A stretch of DNA of 64,000 nt, taken from Lama guanicoe. Taxonomy: Eukaryota. Positions 1 through 10,765 of this stretch are shown here, in pieces. Location of the stretch: contig MU054187.1 of assembly GCA_013239625.1 (NCBI GenBank), positions 6,893,757 through 6,957,756 on the forward strand, in the 5' to 3' direction. Under the pieces are notes generated by a model that was given only the letters and a program-made list of their open reading frames with translations, searched no databases and had not been told where the DNA came from. How positions within the stretch are numbered: the first letter of the stretch is position 1; every line of letters begins with the position of its first letter. Position numbers and translations under genes: made by a program.

Positions 1-984
1 CTCAAGTCTTGAATCTTCCACTTGGTATTTTATCTTAGGAGTGGAGTAAAGCTCCATGAAAACACAGAATACATTTCACTTTGCACTTTTATCTGAAAAG
101 CTACCAGTATTTCCATTCCCACATGGTTCTAATAAGAAGTGCAAGGAAGGAAGTTTTGTGTAAAAGAACATACAGACCTGTAAGAGCAAGAACTGGTAAG
201 ACAAAGAAGTGGAGCTTCATGCTAATCTAAATGTACTGTCCGAACGTATTCTTATTTGCTGTACCCGTTTAAAAATACTTTGTGTTTAGGGAGAACTGTA
301 GTGCTTGGTTCATGGATTCTTCTTTCCGTCCCAATTCCTGCCATGTTCAGGGAGGCAGTGTTTTTTGACTACTGGGTGTCTGTTTTCACTTCCAATTAAC
401 TGTTTTTCCCAGTCCCTCCCATGATGGTGATCTGGACCTCTGTATCAGCCAGCATTCCTTCATCTTTGAAATCCTGAACTCCTACAGGCCATTTTCTGAA
501 TCTAGCCCTCAATAGATTGAGATCCTATTAGGGATGCTCTAGTCTTCTTCAGACATAAATACTGGCCTTTTTGTCTCATTTTATGCTACCACCATGTCCC
601 CGTTTTCTGAGAGTCTCCTCCTGTGGTCTCTGTGACTCCATTTGTAGAAGACAGTAGTGTCTCATTTACTATATGGACTCCAGCAGACAGTGATGGGTTT
701 CATAATGCAATCCCTAATAGAAACTGCACAACAGAGGATAAGTGCCTAATAAAATTTTCAATAAGAAAAATGGCTTAGGACAGTGACTTTGGACAGCTTG
801 TATTATTGCAGGAACAACTGGTAAAATTCCAGGGTCCTGCTCTGATTAGCCTGTATTAAAAATTTTATTCAAAGACATGTTTATTTTGGCTTAATAGTTA
901 ATCAAACAGGAAAAAAATATCTGAATTGTCTACATCAACTCATTATAATCTGTCCTGTGCCCAGCTGAAAAAAGTTAAAACAAG

Positions 985-1478
985 ATTTTGTTTTATGTCT
1001 ATTTCTCTTTTAAGAGACTTATTTAATATATTTTGTTGATTCATTGACTTTTGACTCACAGACTGCAGCACCATACTCGGGCCTGAACACAGCTTACCTA
1101 ACACACGTATTTCCTCCACCAGGCCCTCCACAGCCACCTTGGGCTTAGGAACACTGGACTTTCAGAACTCAGGAACACTTCAGCACTAAGACTGGGGGCC
1201 ACTTGAACAACAAAATCCCCAGCAAAAGGCACAAAAATGTGGAAAGTATGGCACTAAGTAGACTGGGAAAAGGACACATGTTGACAGTATGAGTAGTGAA
1301 ACAAGAGGGCAAAGTATCACCTAATTTGTCTTCACTTGGGAACCTGCCTTCACGGACTCAAATTTTCCCCTGCAAATGCCTGCAGAGGTGCTGCGGGTAG
1401 TGATTAGGGGTTAAAAACACATGTTCACTAGTAGCAGACTTTGCAAATAAAGGTTCTGTGAATAATGAGAATTGACTG
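985..1478 (-). mobile_element. MER82-type TcMar-Tigger DNA transposon remnant
   Basis: Ends in ...gaataatgagaattgactg followed by TA (Tigger terminus plus TA target). Internal blocks such as cttcagcactaagactgggggcc and gcacaaaaatgtggaaagtatggcactaagtagac match the reverse complement of the MER82 consensus as I recall it. Confidence 0.8.
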
Positions 1479-1480
1479 TA

Positions 1481-1508
1481 GTGTGTGTGTGTGTGTGTGT
1501 GTGTGTGT
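1481..1508. repeat. (GT)14 microsatellite
   Basis: Seen directly; abuts the TA at the transposon end. Confidence 0.97.
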
Positions 1509-3344
1509 ATTCTCTGGTGTATTTTCAATTTTTTTTTTTTTTACTGATAATGGTACCTGATAAAATAAGTTTAGATAGAAGTGACCTAGAAATTAAAGCT
1601 TCAGCTACGCAGGCAGGCATTCCAGAAATTTACTAACCTGGTGTCTAATTCTCTCTGACTCCTAGTCGTCTACTACTGTAACTACTTCTACTTGTTATGA
1701 GGCTTGCAGTTATTTCTTTGTAATCTTATTTCTCCTTCCAGACAGTGGCAGGGGCCAGGTTTCACTTCCCGACACCCACTACAGTGCTTGGTAAACTCTA
1801 CAGGCATGACATAGCAATCCTAATCATGGTCATAGCACACACCAGATCAGCGTCACTGCACCACTACCGCATGGTCATGACAGGGAAATATGACTAAGGC
1901 TTAGTTTTTAACCCAAACGGAAATTTGAAAAAGATGATACTTGGCTATCTCTTTCAAATTTTAAAACTAGTTATCACTAACAATTCTTGAAGCAAAATGT
2001 ACCAAAGAAATGTCTTTTGTTCTTTCTCCTTTTGTAATTTTTGCATCCTCTGGGCTTTCCAGTGTCTTTAAAAACACTCCCACACCACCTGTCCATCTGC
2101 CACTTCTTTCTCATCCTACCTTTTAATAAAACAGCCCTCTGGGATTGGTAGGGGGGCTCAGTTTTAAATGTTATGATCTAAAGTGCTTTTAATAGCAAGA
2201 TGTATCTCTCTTCTTAGGGAGTAAGGAAACACTGAAATTAGAACTGCTGTCTCTCCCATGCCCCCAGTATTCTGGGACATTTATTACTACGTTAATCAGT
2301 TCTAACTAGAATTGATTGTGGTCTCAACAAGCATTGGACAGCCCAGTAATGTACCTCAGCCTTCACCGCCAAGCTTCAAACCCTCCACAGGTGCGTCTCG
2401 AAATTTTGCTCCAGTGTAAACCTTATCTTTGCTCCGTCTGGGCAGCCACACTATCATTACAAATGTCTGTCAGATATTCATGAAGATAAGCCCGTTGCAG
2501 AGGATTTCAATTTGCTTGCTCCAAGGAGGGGCCCACCTTCAAGCAGGCACCAGAGAAAAAACACATATTTAGTGGCACCTTTAGGAACTTTCCTCAGTAG
2601 AGACAGAGGAATGTTTGATCAGACTGCACACTATTTCATGTATACAAAAATGCCCAACTGGCAGGCTTCAAAACAAACCCCCCAAAACAGTGCCATAATT
2701 AAGGCGGAACTTAAATTCCTTCAAGCTGGTGTCTCAAAATCCTAATATTCGAAAGTCCTGTGGAAGCTAGAAATCTGCACTTCCAGGTCTGGCCTCTAGG
2801 GGCTCTCTTTTCCACCCACTCTTCTGTGCGGAGACAATGTGCTTCTCTCTCAAGTTTAAGGGAGACAGAACTGGAGTTTCTCAAAAGGAATTTTTCCAAG
2901 AAAGTGAGAAATAAAAGAGGTGGAAGAAAGAGAAAAAGACAGACTCAGATTTCATTAGGGTATGTGTGCATGTATATATGTATATGTTTAAGATGTACTA
3001 TATGTGATATGTGTGTACATGTATATATTCAACACTCTGCGTGAAGCAGTATACTAAAAGTGTGCATACATTGTCTCCTTTCATGCACAAATATTGAGTT
3101 TAACTATTGTTATAAGCACTGGAGAAAGTGCATTGTTTTGGAGTGGGGGAGATGGGAAATTATAAAGCAAACAAATCAGTGGTTTGCTTGAAAATACAAT
3201 AGACTGGGGCGTTACATCAGATGGCGTGGTCAACGAAGCTTCTCTGGGACATGACATGAGGCTGAGACCTACATCAGGCGAGGGTACAAGACACACAGAG
3301 GTGGAAGGCAGAACAAATGGCAGACTTAGTCCTCTGGGGCGAGC

Positions 3345-3440
3345 CATCCATCACACCCACTTTATACAGGAAAATGAGGACTCACAGGAGAGCAAAGTGA
3401 CTTGTCTGAGGTTCTACAGTGAGGAAGTGGCATAACCAAC
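3345..3440 (-). mobile_element. MIR SINE fragment
   Basis: tttatacaggaaaatgaggactcacaggagagcaaagtgacttgtctgaggtt resembles the reverse-complement MIR core. Confidence 0.6.
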
Positions 3441-4149
3441 CATACATCAGATTGGCTGTTCCTCCCAGGGAGGGAACTCCAGGAAGCAGTGGGTGCCAAG
3501 TGTGCTCTGCTTCACTGACCCCTCTGCCCTCCCTTCCCACCTCCAAGCCCCTAAGGGGAAAGGGGTGTGTGTGTGTCACTTACCTCTGCAAACTTGGCAG
3601 CTAGCATAGCCTTTGACAGAATGAGGAATTAAGAAAAGAAGCAAGAAAGAAATATTTGAGGGCAGCATTGGGGACAGAAGGAAACAAGGAAGGGAGGAGG
3701 ATTTTTAGTTCATGATGCAGTTCAGTTTAGAAAATGAGAATAAGAGACTGCAGAGAAAACTGAAGGTAGTTTCACACAATTTCTAGACTTATTACTAGCA
3801 TTGTGCTATCTCTGCATCTTCCTTCTTCCTCTCAAAGCCAAATGCATTTTCAACTGTCTTTATTATATAAGGAAGAAACTCCAGCCTGGATCTATCAGTA
3901 GAGGGGGCAGTGGGAAAGGGAAAGGTACAGGAGGACTCTCCTGGTCCCCTGGAATCACATCACGTGGGTGGCACTGAGTCTGGAGGGGGAAGGATCAATG
4001 CAGATTACTCTGCCTACTTCCCAGTGAGCAGTTAGCACCTGGGCAGGTGTCACGCGTGTCCGAAGCTTCATAGGCAGCATGGTGAATGTGTAAATCAAGA
4101 AGCTCTTGAGTCAGATGACCTAGCTTTGTGGTGTTCTTCATCATCCATT

Positions 4150-4310
4150 CAGTAGCCATGGGATGCCGGTTCCCTTTTCCACATCTTTTCACTGGGGATG
4201 CTCACAGCACCCATTTCATAGGCTGTTGTGAGGATTAAATAAATGAACATACAGAAATCACTTAGACTGGTACCTGGTGCCTGGCAAGGACCCAGTACAT
4301 CTTAGCTGCA
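4150..4310 (+). mobile_element. MIR SINE fragment
   Basis: cataggctgttgtgaggattaaataaatgaacatacagaaatcacttagactggtacctgg is a typical MIR 3' half. Confidence 0.7.
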
Positions 4311-6155
4311 AATATGGTACGTCCTAAATGAATAAATGATGAAACAAAGAAGGATATTGGAGTAAACATATTTAATGTGGAGGGAAGGAAGGGCCGCTAG
4401 GTTTATGATCATCATTCATCACAATCACTGCAGGTGAAGAGGCTGTGGTAGTTTCTGGAAGTTGTAGGTAGACTAGTTCATGTCCTCTCCCTCTTCAGAG
4501 GGGTCTGTGGCCCGGAACTTTCTGCAGTTCTTTTCTCTATGCTAAATTACCTATTCGTCAGGGTCTGTGGTTTCTTATGCTTTCCATTCATCATGAGTGG
4601 TGATGGTTGTGTTTATTGTGCATAAAAGAAGCGTGCTTCTCATAATCCTTGATCTCTGATATCTTAAAGGTTGAGTTAAAAAAAAAGGCTTCTGACTCTA
4701 TTATTCCCCTTCTCCAAGACAATGGACAGAGGTGGAACAGATTAATATTCTTGATCCTTCAGTGACCCAAATCCTGAAGTCACTTATGCATCCCTACCTC
4801 CCTACTAGCATTTCAAAGATACTTTGCGACGATTTTCCTGGAAATTACAACCGTTGTAAGTTATAAACATAAGTCCTGAAGGAACTGTTCCTAGACAGCC
4901 AGTTGATTTCAAAACAAAACCAGAACTCCTTTTAATGCCTGAAGGAATGGCTTGGGCAGAGTTTCCAGGCACAGAGTGAATCTTTAAAAACGCGAAGATC
5001 TCTTTCCTTTTCTCACTAACCCACCACTAAGGACCCAGGAGGGCAGCAGCGGGTTAGAATGGGGTTTCTGTGCCAAGTTCTGCAGAAAGCCCGTTTTGAG
5101 ACAACGGGCCGGGAGGCTTGTCCCTGCTCTTTTAGGTTCGCGAGCTCCCTGCGTAGCTGCACCAGGTACAGCAAACGTGCCCGTGAGGTGTGACATTGAG
5201 CCTGAAGCAATGTAATCCTCCGCGGAACTCCTCCGCTCCAAGCTAGCAGGTGACAGGGAGCAAGAGCCTCCTTGGGGTTCACGGAGAGTTAGTCCGGGGT
5301 CTTAACTAGCCGGGACCAGGTCTTATTTCCAAGCAACTCTCCAACAAGTAATTCGAGGAAGAAAGCATATTTACCCTCATCCCGGACACATTTTCCATTC
5401 CTAGAGAAGGCCACGCAGCCCCTTCTGTCTCCCCTTCTCTTCTTTCACGCCTGGTGACAATTTCTAAGAGCCGCGTAGCTGAGCAACCTAAGCCAGGTCT
5501 CCCGGCGGCGTCCGGCTCTAGCCCTGCGCTCCGGGCCGCGTCTCGGCCGCATCGCCTCTCGGCCGAACCCACTCGGTCAACTTTCCCTCCGAGACTCCGG
5601 CAGAGGCGCCCTCCGGGCAGCCGCCTGCAGCTGCAGGGGAGACCCCGCAGCTGCGCGCCCGGCGCCGGCCGAGCGGACGCGCCCGCGCTCGCACCCAGCC
5701 GTCCGGGGCTCGGCCGGGCGCTCCGCTTTCTGCGCTTGGCTTCTGTCCTCCGGGCCCTTCTTCCCGTGGACGCCAAGCCGCCTCAACTCCACCCTCTCCA
5801 CCCCGGGGCACCTCGGCCAAGCCCTGTCCCCTCCTCACGCGCCTCCGACCACCCTCCCAACACCCAGCACAGCCCCCAGCGAGGAAGGGCGGCCCGGGTC
5901 CCCCCAGCTCCACCCGCCACAGGGGGGTCTCCAGCACCCGCAGCCGCCCTCATTCATATTCCTTCTCATTCTCATTCTCTCCCTCGTCCTCTCTCTCCCA
6001 AGACTCCTAACAAGACAGGCCGATCCTCCTCCGTGGCGCTCCCTCTCATTCATCGCCGCCCCCCCACCCCCCACAGCCCACTCCACTTTTCAGACGCCCA
6101 CCTCCTACATACTCCCCTCCCCTAAACAGACTTCCACCCACTCACCATCTGTAGC

Positions 6156-6165
6156 NNNNNNNNNN
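6156..6165. other. Assembly gap (10 N)
   Basis: Run of N flanked on both sides by the same 13-mer caccatctgtagc. Confidence 0.98.
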
Positions 6166-6183
6166 CACCATCTGTAGCCTCCC

Positions 6184-6224
6184 TTCCGCCCCCCGCCCCG
6201 CCCGCGCGGCTCCCCCCCGCCCCG
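6184..6224. promoter_or_regulatory. Cluster of GC boxes (Sp/KLF type)
   Basis: ttccgccccccgccccgcccgcgcggctcccccccgccccg holds several CCGCCC motifs about 270-300 bp upstream of the ATG; no TATA box seen. Confidence 0.65.
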
Positions 6225-6486
6225 AAGCAGCAGCCCCGCACGGTGGGAGGCAGGGACCCCCGCCAGACGCTCGGGTCGTGCGTGCCGTTCTGACCTCTGC
6301 CCGCCCGGGAAACTAACAAAGGCGGCGCGCGAGCCCAGCCCCGAGAGCGGCGAGCGGCGGCCGCGGGGCGGGCGAGCCTGGGCCGGGCCGGGCGAGCGCC
6401 GCGCGGGGGCTGCTCCGGAGTCGGGAGGCAGCGGCGCCGGACCACGCGACTCTCGCGGCGCGCGCCGCTCGGACGCCGCGGGCACC

Positions 6487-6540
6487 ATGGGCTGCTGCAC
6501 CGGGCGCTGCTCCCTCATCTGCCTCTGCGCGCTGCAGCTG
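6487..6540 (+). CDS. NKAIN3: NKAIN3 first coding exon (aa 1-18), Na+/K+-transporting ATPase subunit beta-1-interacting protein 3
   Basis: GGCACCATGG Kozak context. Translation MGCCTGRCSLICLCALQL matches the NKAIN3 N-terminus as I recall it and differs from NKAIN1/2/4 (MGKCSGRC, MGYCSGRC, MGSCSGRC). Followed directly by a phase-0 donor CTG|GTGAGT. No upstream ATG seen in the GC-rich leader. Confidence 0.95.
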
Positions 6541-9384
6541 GTGAGTTCCCCGCGCGTCCCCCGCCGGCCGGCGCCTGCCCGGGCACGGCCTCCCCGCTCC
6601 CTCTGCGGACCCGCAGCTCCGGGCACGGGGCGGGCGGCCCAGCCCCGCGCTCCCGCCGGCCCGCGCCCTCCCCGCCGCGGCGACTCTCGCTGCGCTCGCT
6701 CCGCGGGCACTCACCGCGCCGCCCCTGCCCTGCGGGAGGGCGCGGTCTGCTCGAGGTCCCGGGCGCGGGGGTTCACGCGACCCCGCCGGGCGTCGCCACG
6801 AGGTCCCGGGGCCGCTGCCCGGCGCCGGGGGAGGGAGCGTTTCCCGCCGCCGGGTTGGACAGCTGGCTTTAGCACCGCCGCATCCCCGCTCAAGTTTCGC
6901 TGGGGCTTGCGGGCTCTTTCTTCTCGGGATGGTTTCCAGGAACGCGGCGCAGTCCGAAGGGGCGTGGGAAAGCCCGGGTTCCGAGGAGACGGGACCAGCT
7001 TCCAGTCTCAGTTAAGAGCGAGGTGGTTCTTCCCCTCAGCAGGTTGAAAGGGGGTGGCTGAGGAGTCGTGGCGCTCCGGGAAGGAGGTCGCGCTGGGTTT
7101 TTAAACAGTATTGCAGCCCCTGCCCTTCCAATTTCTGTTTAAATTTTGGTGACATGTTGCGTGTTCAGACAGCGACAGACTGACAGCTGTCATCAGGGAG
7201 AGAAGGCGCGGTGGCTCGCCAGGGAGGGCATGGGCTGGGAAGTTGGAGAGCAGAGTGGGGAACGAAAGGGCTCTCAGCGTGGAGCGAATGCTTTGCTTAA
7301 CACATGTCCTGTAGGGACCTAGACCGCCCCGTGGTCTGTTCCGTAGTCGCGTGAGGTCAAGGCCACAGACCTGTGTCAGACTTTCGTGGGTGAGGGATTA
7401 ACAGACGGCTCCCTTTTACTACACTTAAGACAGATTCTGTAGCTGCTCTGCCAGCCTTTCTTCCAAGTGTTGTTTGTTAAAGCCACAAATATTAGCTAGT
7501 GTATTTTGACTCCCAAGAGGAAAAAGCTTTTCAGTGAACTTGACTGAGTAATGTCAATCTTGCAAGGGATAAAATAATGCTGTTTCTTTAATAGTTAGTC
7601 CTTGTACCCATGAATGCTTTAAAAGGTTTCACTTTTCTCTTGCCTCAGTGTTTTACTCTCCCATTAAACCCTGACTTTAGACGTGCTCTTCAGTGTTTAC
7701 ATGATGTGTGCATAATTTATGTATTTATGGATCTGAAATCAGGGCTACTTTCCTTTAAACCTATGGAATAGCCCCTTCTGTCTTGTGAAATAGCATGTAT
7801 TTTTATGGAGTTTTCTTGAAAAAATAAGTAAAAAATTTACTTGACCATGAATGTTTTCTTTCATTAAGGAAGGAAGGCCAGAGAATAATTTACACTTTGG
7901 TTATTAGAAATGAACATGGCTGGGAAAACTAAATAAATATTTAGTCAAACTTTGAAGATGCAACGTTGCAGACAGGCACCTGCATTGTGTAATCTATAAT
8001 GGCATAATTCTTTCTGTTTTACATGGACATAACATGTAAGGGTTTTTGATGCAGCAGATTTATCAACACAATTATGATTTCCTTAGTTGATGTTGTAATA
8101 GTTGTGATGACAATGGGTTTTGTAGTTTCATGTATCAGCCTGGAATGCCTTTCTACATACACCTTCTCAGTTGATAGAAATGCAACTTACTCTTCAAAGC
8201 TTATCTCAAAATTCTGCCTTCTCCATGAAGTCTTCCCTGGTGCTCCAGGTGAAAAATCAATCACTTCTTTTCATTTAATTGCATAGTACTTTGCTTTTTC
8301 CTCTGTTAGAACACGTTCATCCTCTTATGTTATTTTTCTTAAATGATTCACACATTACTAGACTGCAAGCAGCCTGAGAGTAAAGGATGAAACATGATTC
8401 AACTTTCAAGTCCTTAGGAGCGCTCATATTAGAAGCCAAACCATACTGCTGAACTGATGATGGTAATGAATATTTGCAATCCATACAGGGCTTTTGCATA
8501 AGCACTATTTTACTTCTAAAATTATCCTCTGAGGAAGGCACCCATGTTACTAGTTTGCAGGTGAGGAAGATCACCCTTAACCTCACAGAGTTAAACAGTT
8601 TCTTCAAATCAATAGTTTTTGGTGGGTAGAGACATCAGAGTGATGGTAAACACTTAATGACTGGATCTTGGACAAAACAAAACATATATCTATGTTGCAT
8701 TCTTACATAATACATTCTAAGTGTTGTGTATATAGAGGATGTACAGCACTCACTTTGACAAACAATAATAAAATATGCAGCACTCTTTATTGTAAATTCT
8801 ACACAGCCGATTAATTCTGGCAGAAATCTCTTTTTTTGCACTTGATGAACTCTTGGTTCTGTAGTTCTGACATAAAAGTTGGTTAACATTTTTTACTTCC
8901 TTTGAGCAGGAATAGGAAAGTGAAACAAGGAAGTCAGTATTGGAGCTTGACTCCATTAATCACGTGATTTTGGTTTGAAACCTCGGGAACTTTCCCAGGT
9001 GGAGTTCTAAACTGGCCCCTGTAGACGGAGGACAAGGAAGGGCAGAAGAGGCAGGCCACTCCTGGTTGCTAGGTGGCGGGTTTAATAAATGAGGGGACTT
9101 ACTATGGTCTGTCTGGGGCGCTGCTGGATGAGTGGATCTCCACCTCCAGTGGTCAGAACCTTTAAAGTTTTAGAAACCTTCACTGGGTTCAGTCATGTCC
9201 ACCGCCCGGATGGTCTCAACGACACATTCTTCTGTCCAGGCTGCATCCTTGAAACGGCGCCTACTGTGGGCATGGTGGGCAGGACGCATGTCCCAAGGAC
9301 CGGGCGGGTGAGGAGCCTCCCACCGCCCTGCTCCGGCTCGAGGGTCAGCTGGAGGTCAAGTCCTCCCCGTGACCTCCTCCAACG

Positions 9385-9450
9385 CAGAGCAGATTCTCTG
9401 CTGAATTGGGTTACAGTTTTCAAGTACTGGGAAATTATTTCCTCAATTCT
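9385..9450 (-). mobile_element. MER63 (hAT-Blackjack), left piece of an element split by an L1
   Basis: ctgctgaattgggttacagttttcaagtactgggaaattatttcctcaatt continues, as recalled, the MER63 sequence that resumes near 10336. Confidence 0.65.
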
Positions 9451-10335
9451 TTTTTTAGAAAAGTTAACGGTAGTTGATTTACAATATTGTGTTCGTTACA
9501 GGTGTGTAGCTTCAGAGTCTTTTCCATTATAGGTTATTATAAGATACTGTATAGAGTTCCCTTTGCTCCCAGTGGGTCCTTGTTGCCTGTCTATTTTTAT
9601 ATACAGTGGTGTGTATTTGTTAATCCCGTAATCCTAATTTATCCCTCTTCCTCCCCTTTCCCTTTTGGTAACCATAAGTTTGTGAGTCTATTTCTGTTTT
9701 GTACATAAGTTGATTTTTTTTTTAGATTCCACATGTAAGTAATATCATATAATATTTATCTTCCTCTGTCTGACTTACTTCACTAAGTATGATGATCTCT
9801 AGGTCCATCCATGTTGCTGCAAATGAAAATATTTCGTTCTTTTTTATAGCTGAGTGACATTCCGTTGTGTATAACACCACACCCTCTTTATCCATTCATC
9901 TGTTGATGGACACTCAGGTTGCTTCCATGCCTTGGTTATTGTGAATAGTGCTGCCAGGAGCACTGGGATGCATGTATCTTTTCGAATTAAGAGTTTTCTT
10001 CTTTTCCGGATACATGCCCAGGAGTGGGATTGTGGGATCATACAGTAAGTCTGTTTTTTAGCTTTTTAAGGAAACTTCACTCTGTTTTCCATTGTGGCTG
10101 CACCAGTTTACATTCGCACCAGCAGTGTAGGAGGGATCCTTTTTCCCCACGTCCTCTCCAGCATTTATTGTTTGTAGGCTTTTTGATGACAGCCATCCTG
10201 ACGGTGTGGGGTGATACCTCACTGTAGTTTTAATTTGCGTTTCTCTGATAATTTGCGATGTGAGCCACTTTCACGTGCCTGTTGCCCATCTGTCTGTCTT
10301 CTTTGAACAAATGTCTATTTAGGGCTTCTGCCCAT
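9451..10335 (-). mobile_element. 5'-truncated LINE-1 (3' UTR and ORF2 C-terminus)
   Basis: Minus ORF 9844-10041 reads KDTCIPVLLAALFTITKAWKQPECPSTDEWIK (L1 ORF2p C-terminus). 3' UTR hallmarks tagttgatttacaatattgtg and ttggtaaccataagtttgt are present. Confidence 0.92.
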
Positions 10336-10765
10336 TTTTTTATGCTATTGGCAATGTAATGACATGACACCTTTTAGGTTTAATATACAGTATCAGAGAA
10401 AAAATTCTCCAGTGCTTTCTTAAGTCTAGACAATCAACAAAACAGCGTTACACCCTGATTTTTCACATTTACCCATTTCTTTGGTGTAAATACTCCTACC
10501 TTGGTCAATTTCAAGTGCGCCATTACATGGTATTTCCATCATACAGATAAAACAGGCATAAATAACCTCAAAGTGTAAAGTAAAACACAGTAAAATAATT
10601 AGAAAAAGATGTGTTTAAATATTTAGTACCTCTGTTTTCCATGATTTCCTTAAAGTTTTTATTACTTATTTACTAATGATGGTCGTGTTTAACAGCTGGC
10701 TCACTCCATCCTAAAAGCTGAACCAGCCCTCTGAGCCGGTGCACGCCTGCTCCAGCATACCACCA
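10336..10765 (-). mobile_element. MER63 (hAT-Blackjack), right piece
   Basis: ttcttaagtctagacaatcaacaaaaca, ggtgtaaatactcc and the terminus gagccggtgcacgcctgctccagcataccacc match reverse-complement MER63. Confidence 0.8.

Larger units (their letters stand above)
5450..7100. promoter_or_regulatory. NKAIN3: CpG island promoter of NKAIN3
   Basis: Very high GC and dense CpG spanning the first coding exon. Bipartite, with a C-rich, CpG-poorer spacer at about 5780-6180. Confidence 0.93.

Noticed and set aside
5306..6893. Many overlapping 60-220 aa ORFs on both strands of the CpG island
   Set aside because: Low-complexity R/P/G/A translations expected from GC-rich DNA; no recognisable domain.
6487..7047. 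186-aa ORF running on from the NKAIN3 ATG
   Set aside because: Only the first 18 codons are exon. The rest is read-through past GTGAGT into GC-rich, stop-poor intron. GTG AGT happens to encode VS, the next residues of the real protein as I recall it, which can mislead aligners.
9063..9080. CTCF-like motif ttgctaggtggcgg (similar near-matches at about 3215, 5242 and 15482)
   Set aside because: Each departs from the core consensus by two mismatches or a missing base; expected by chance in 64 kb.
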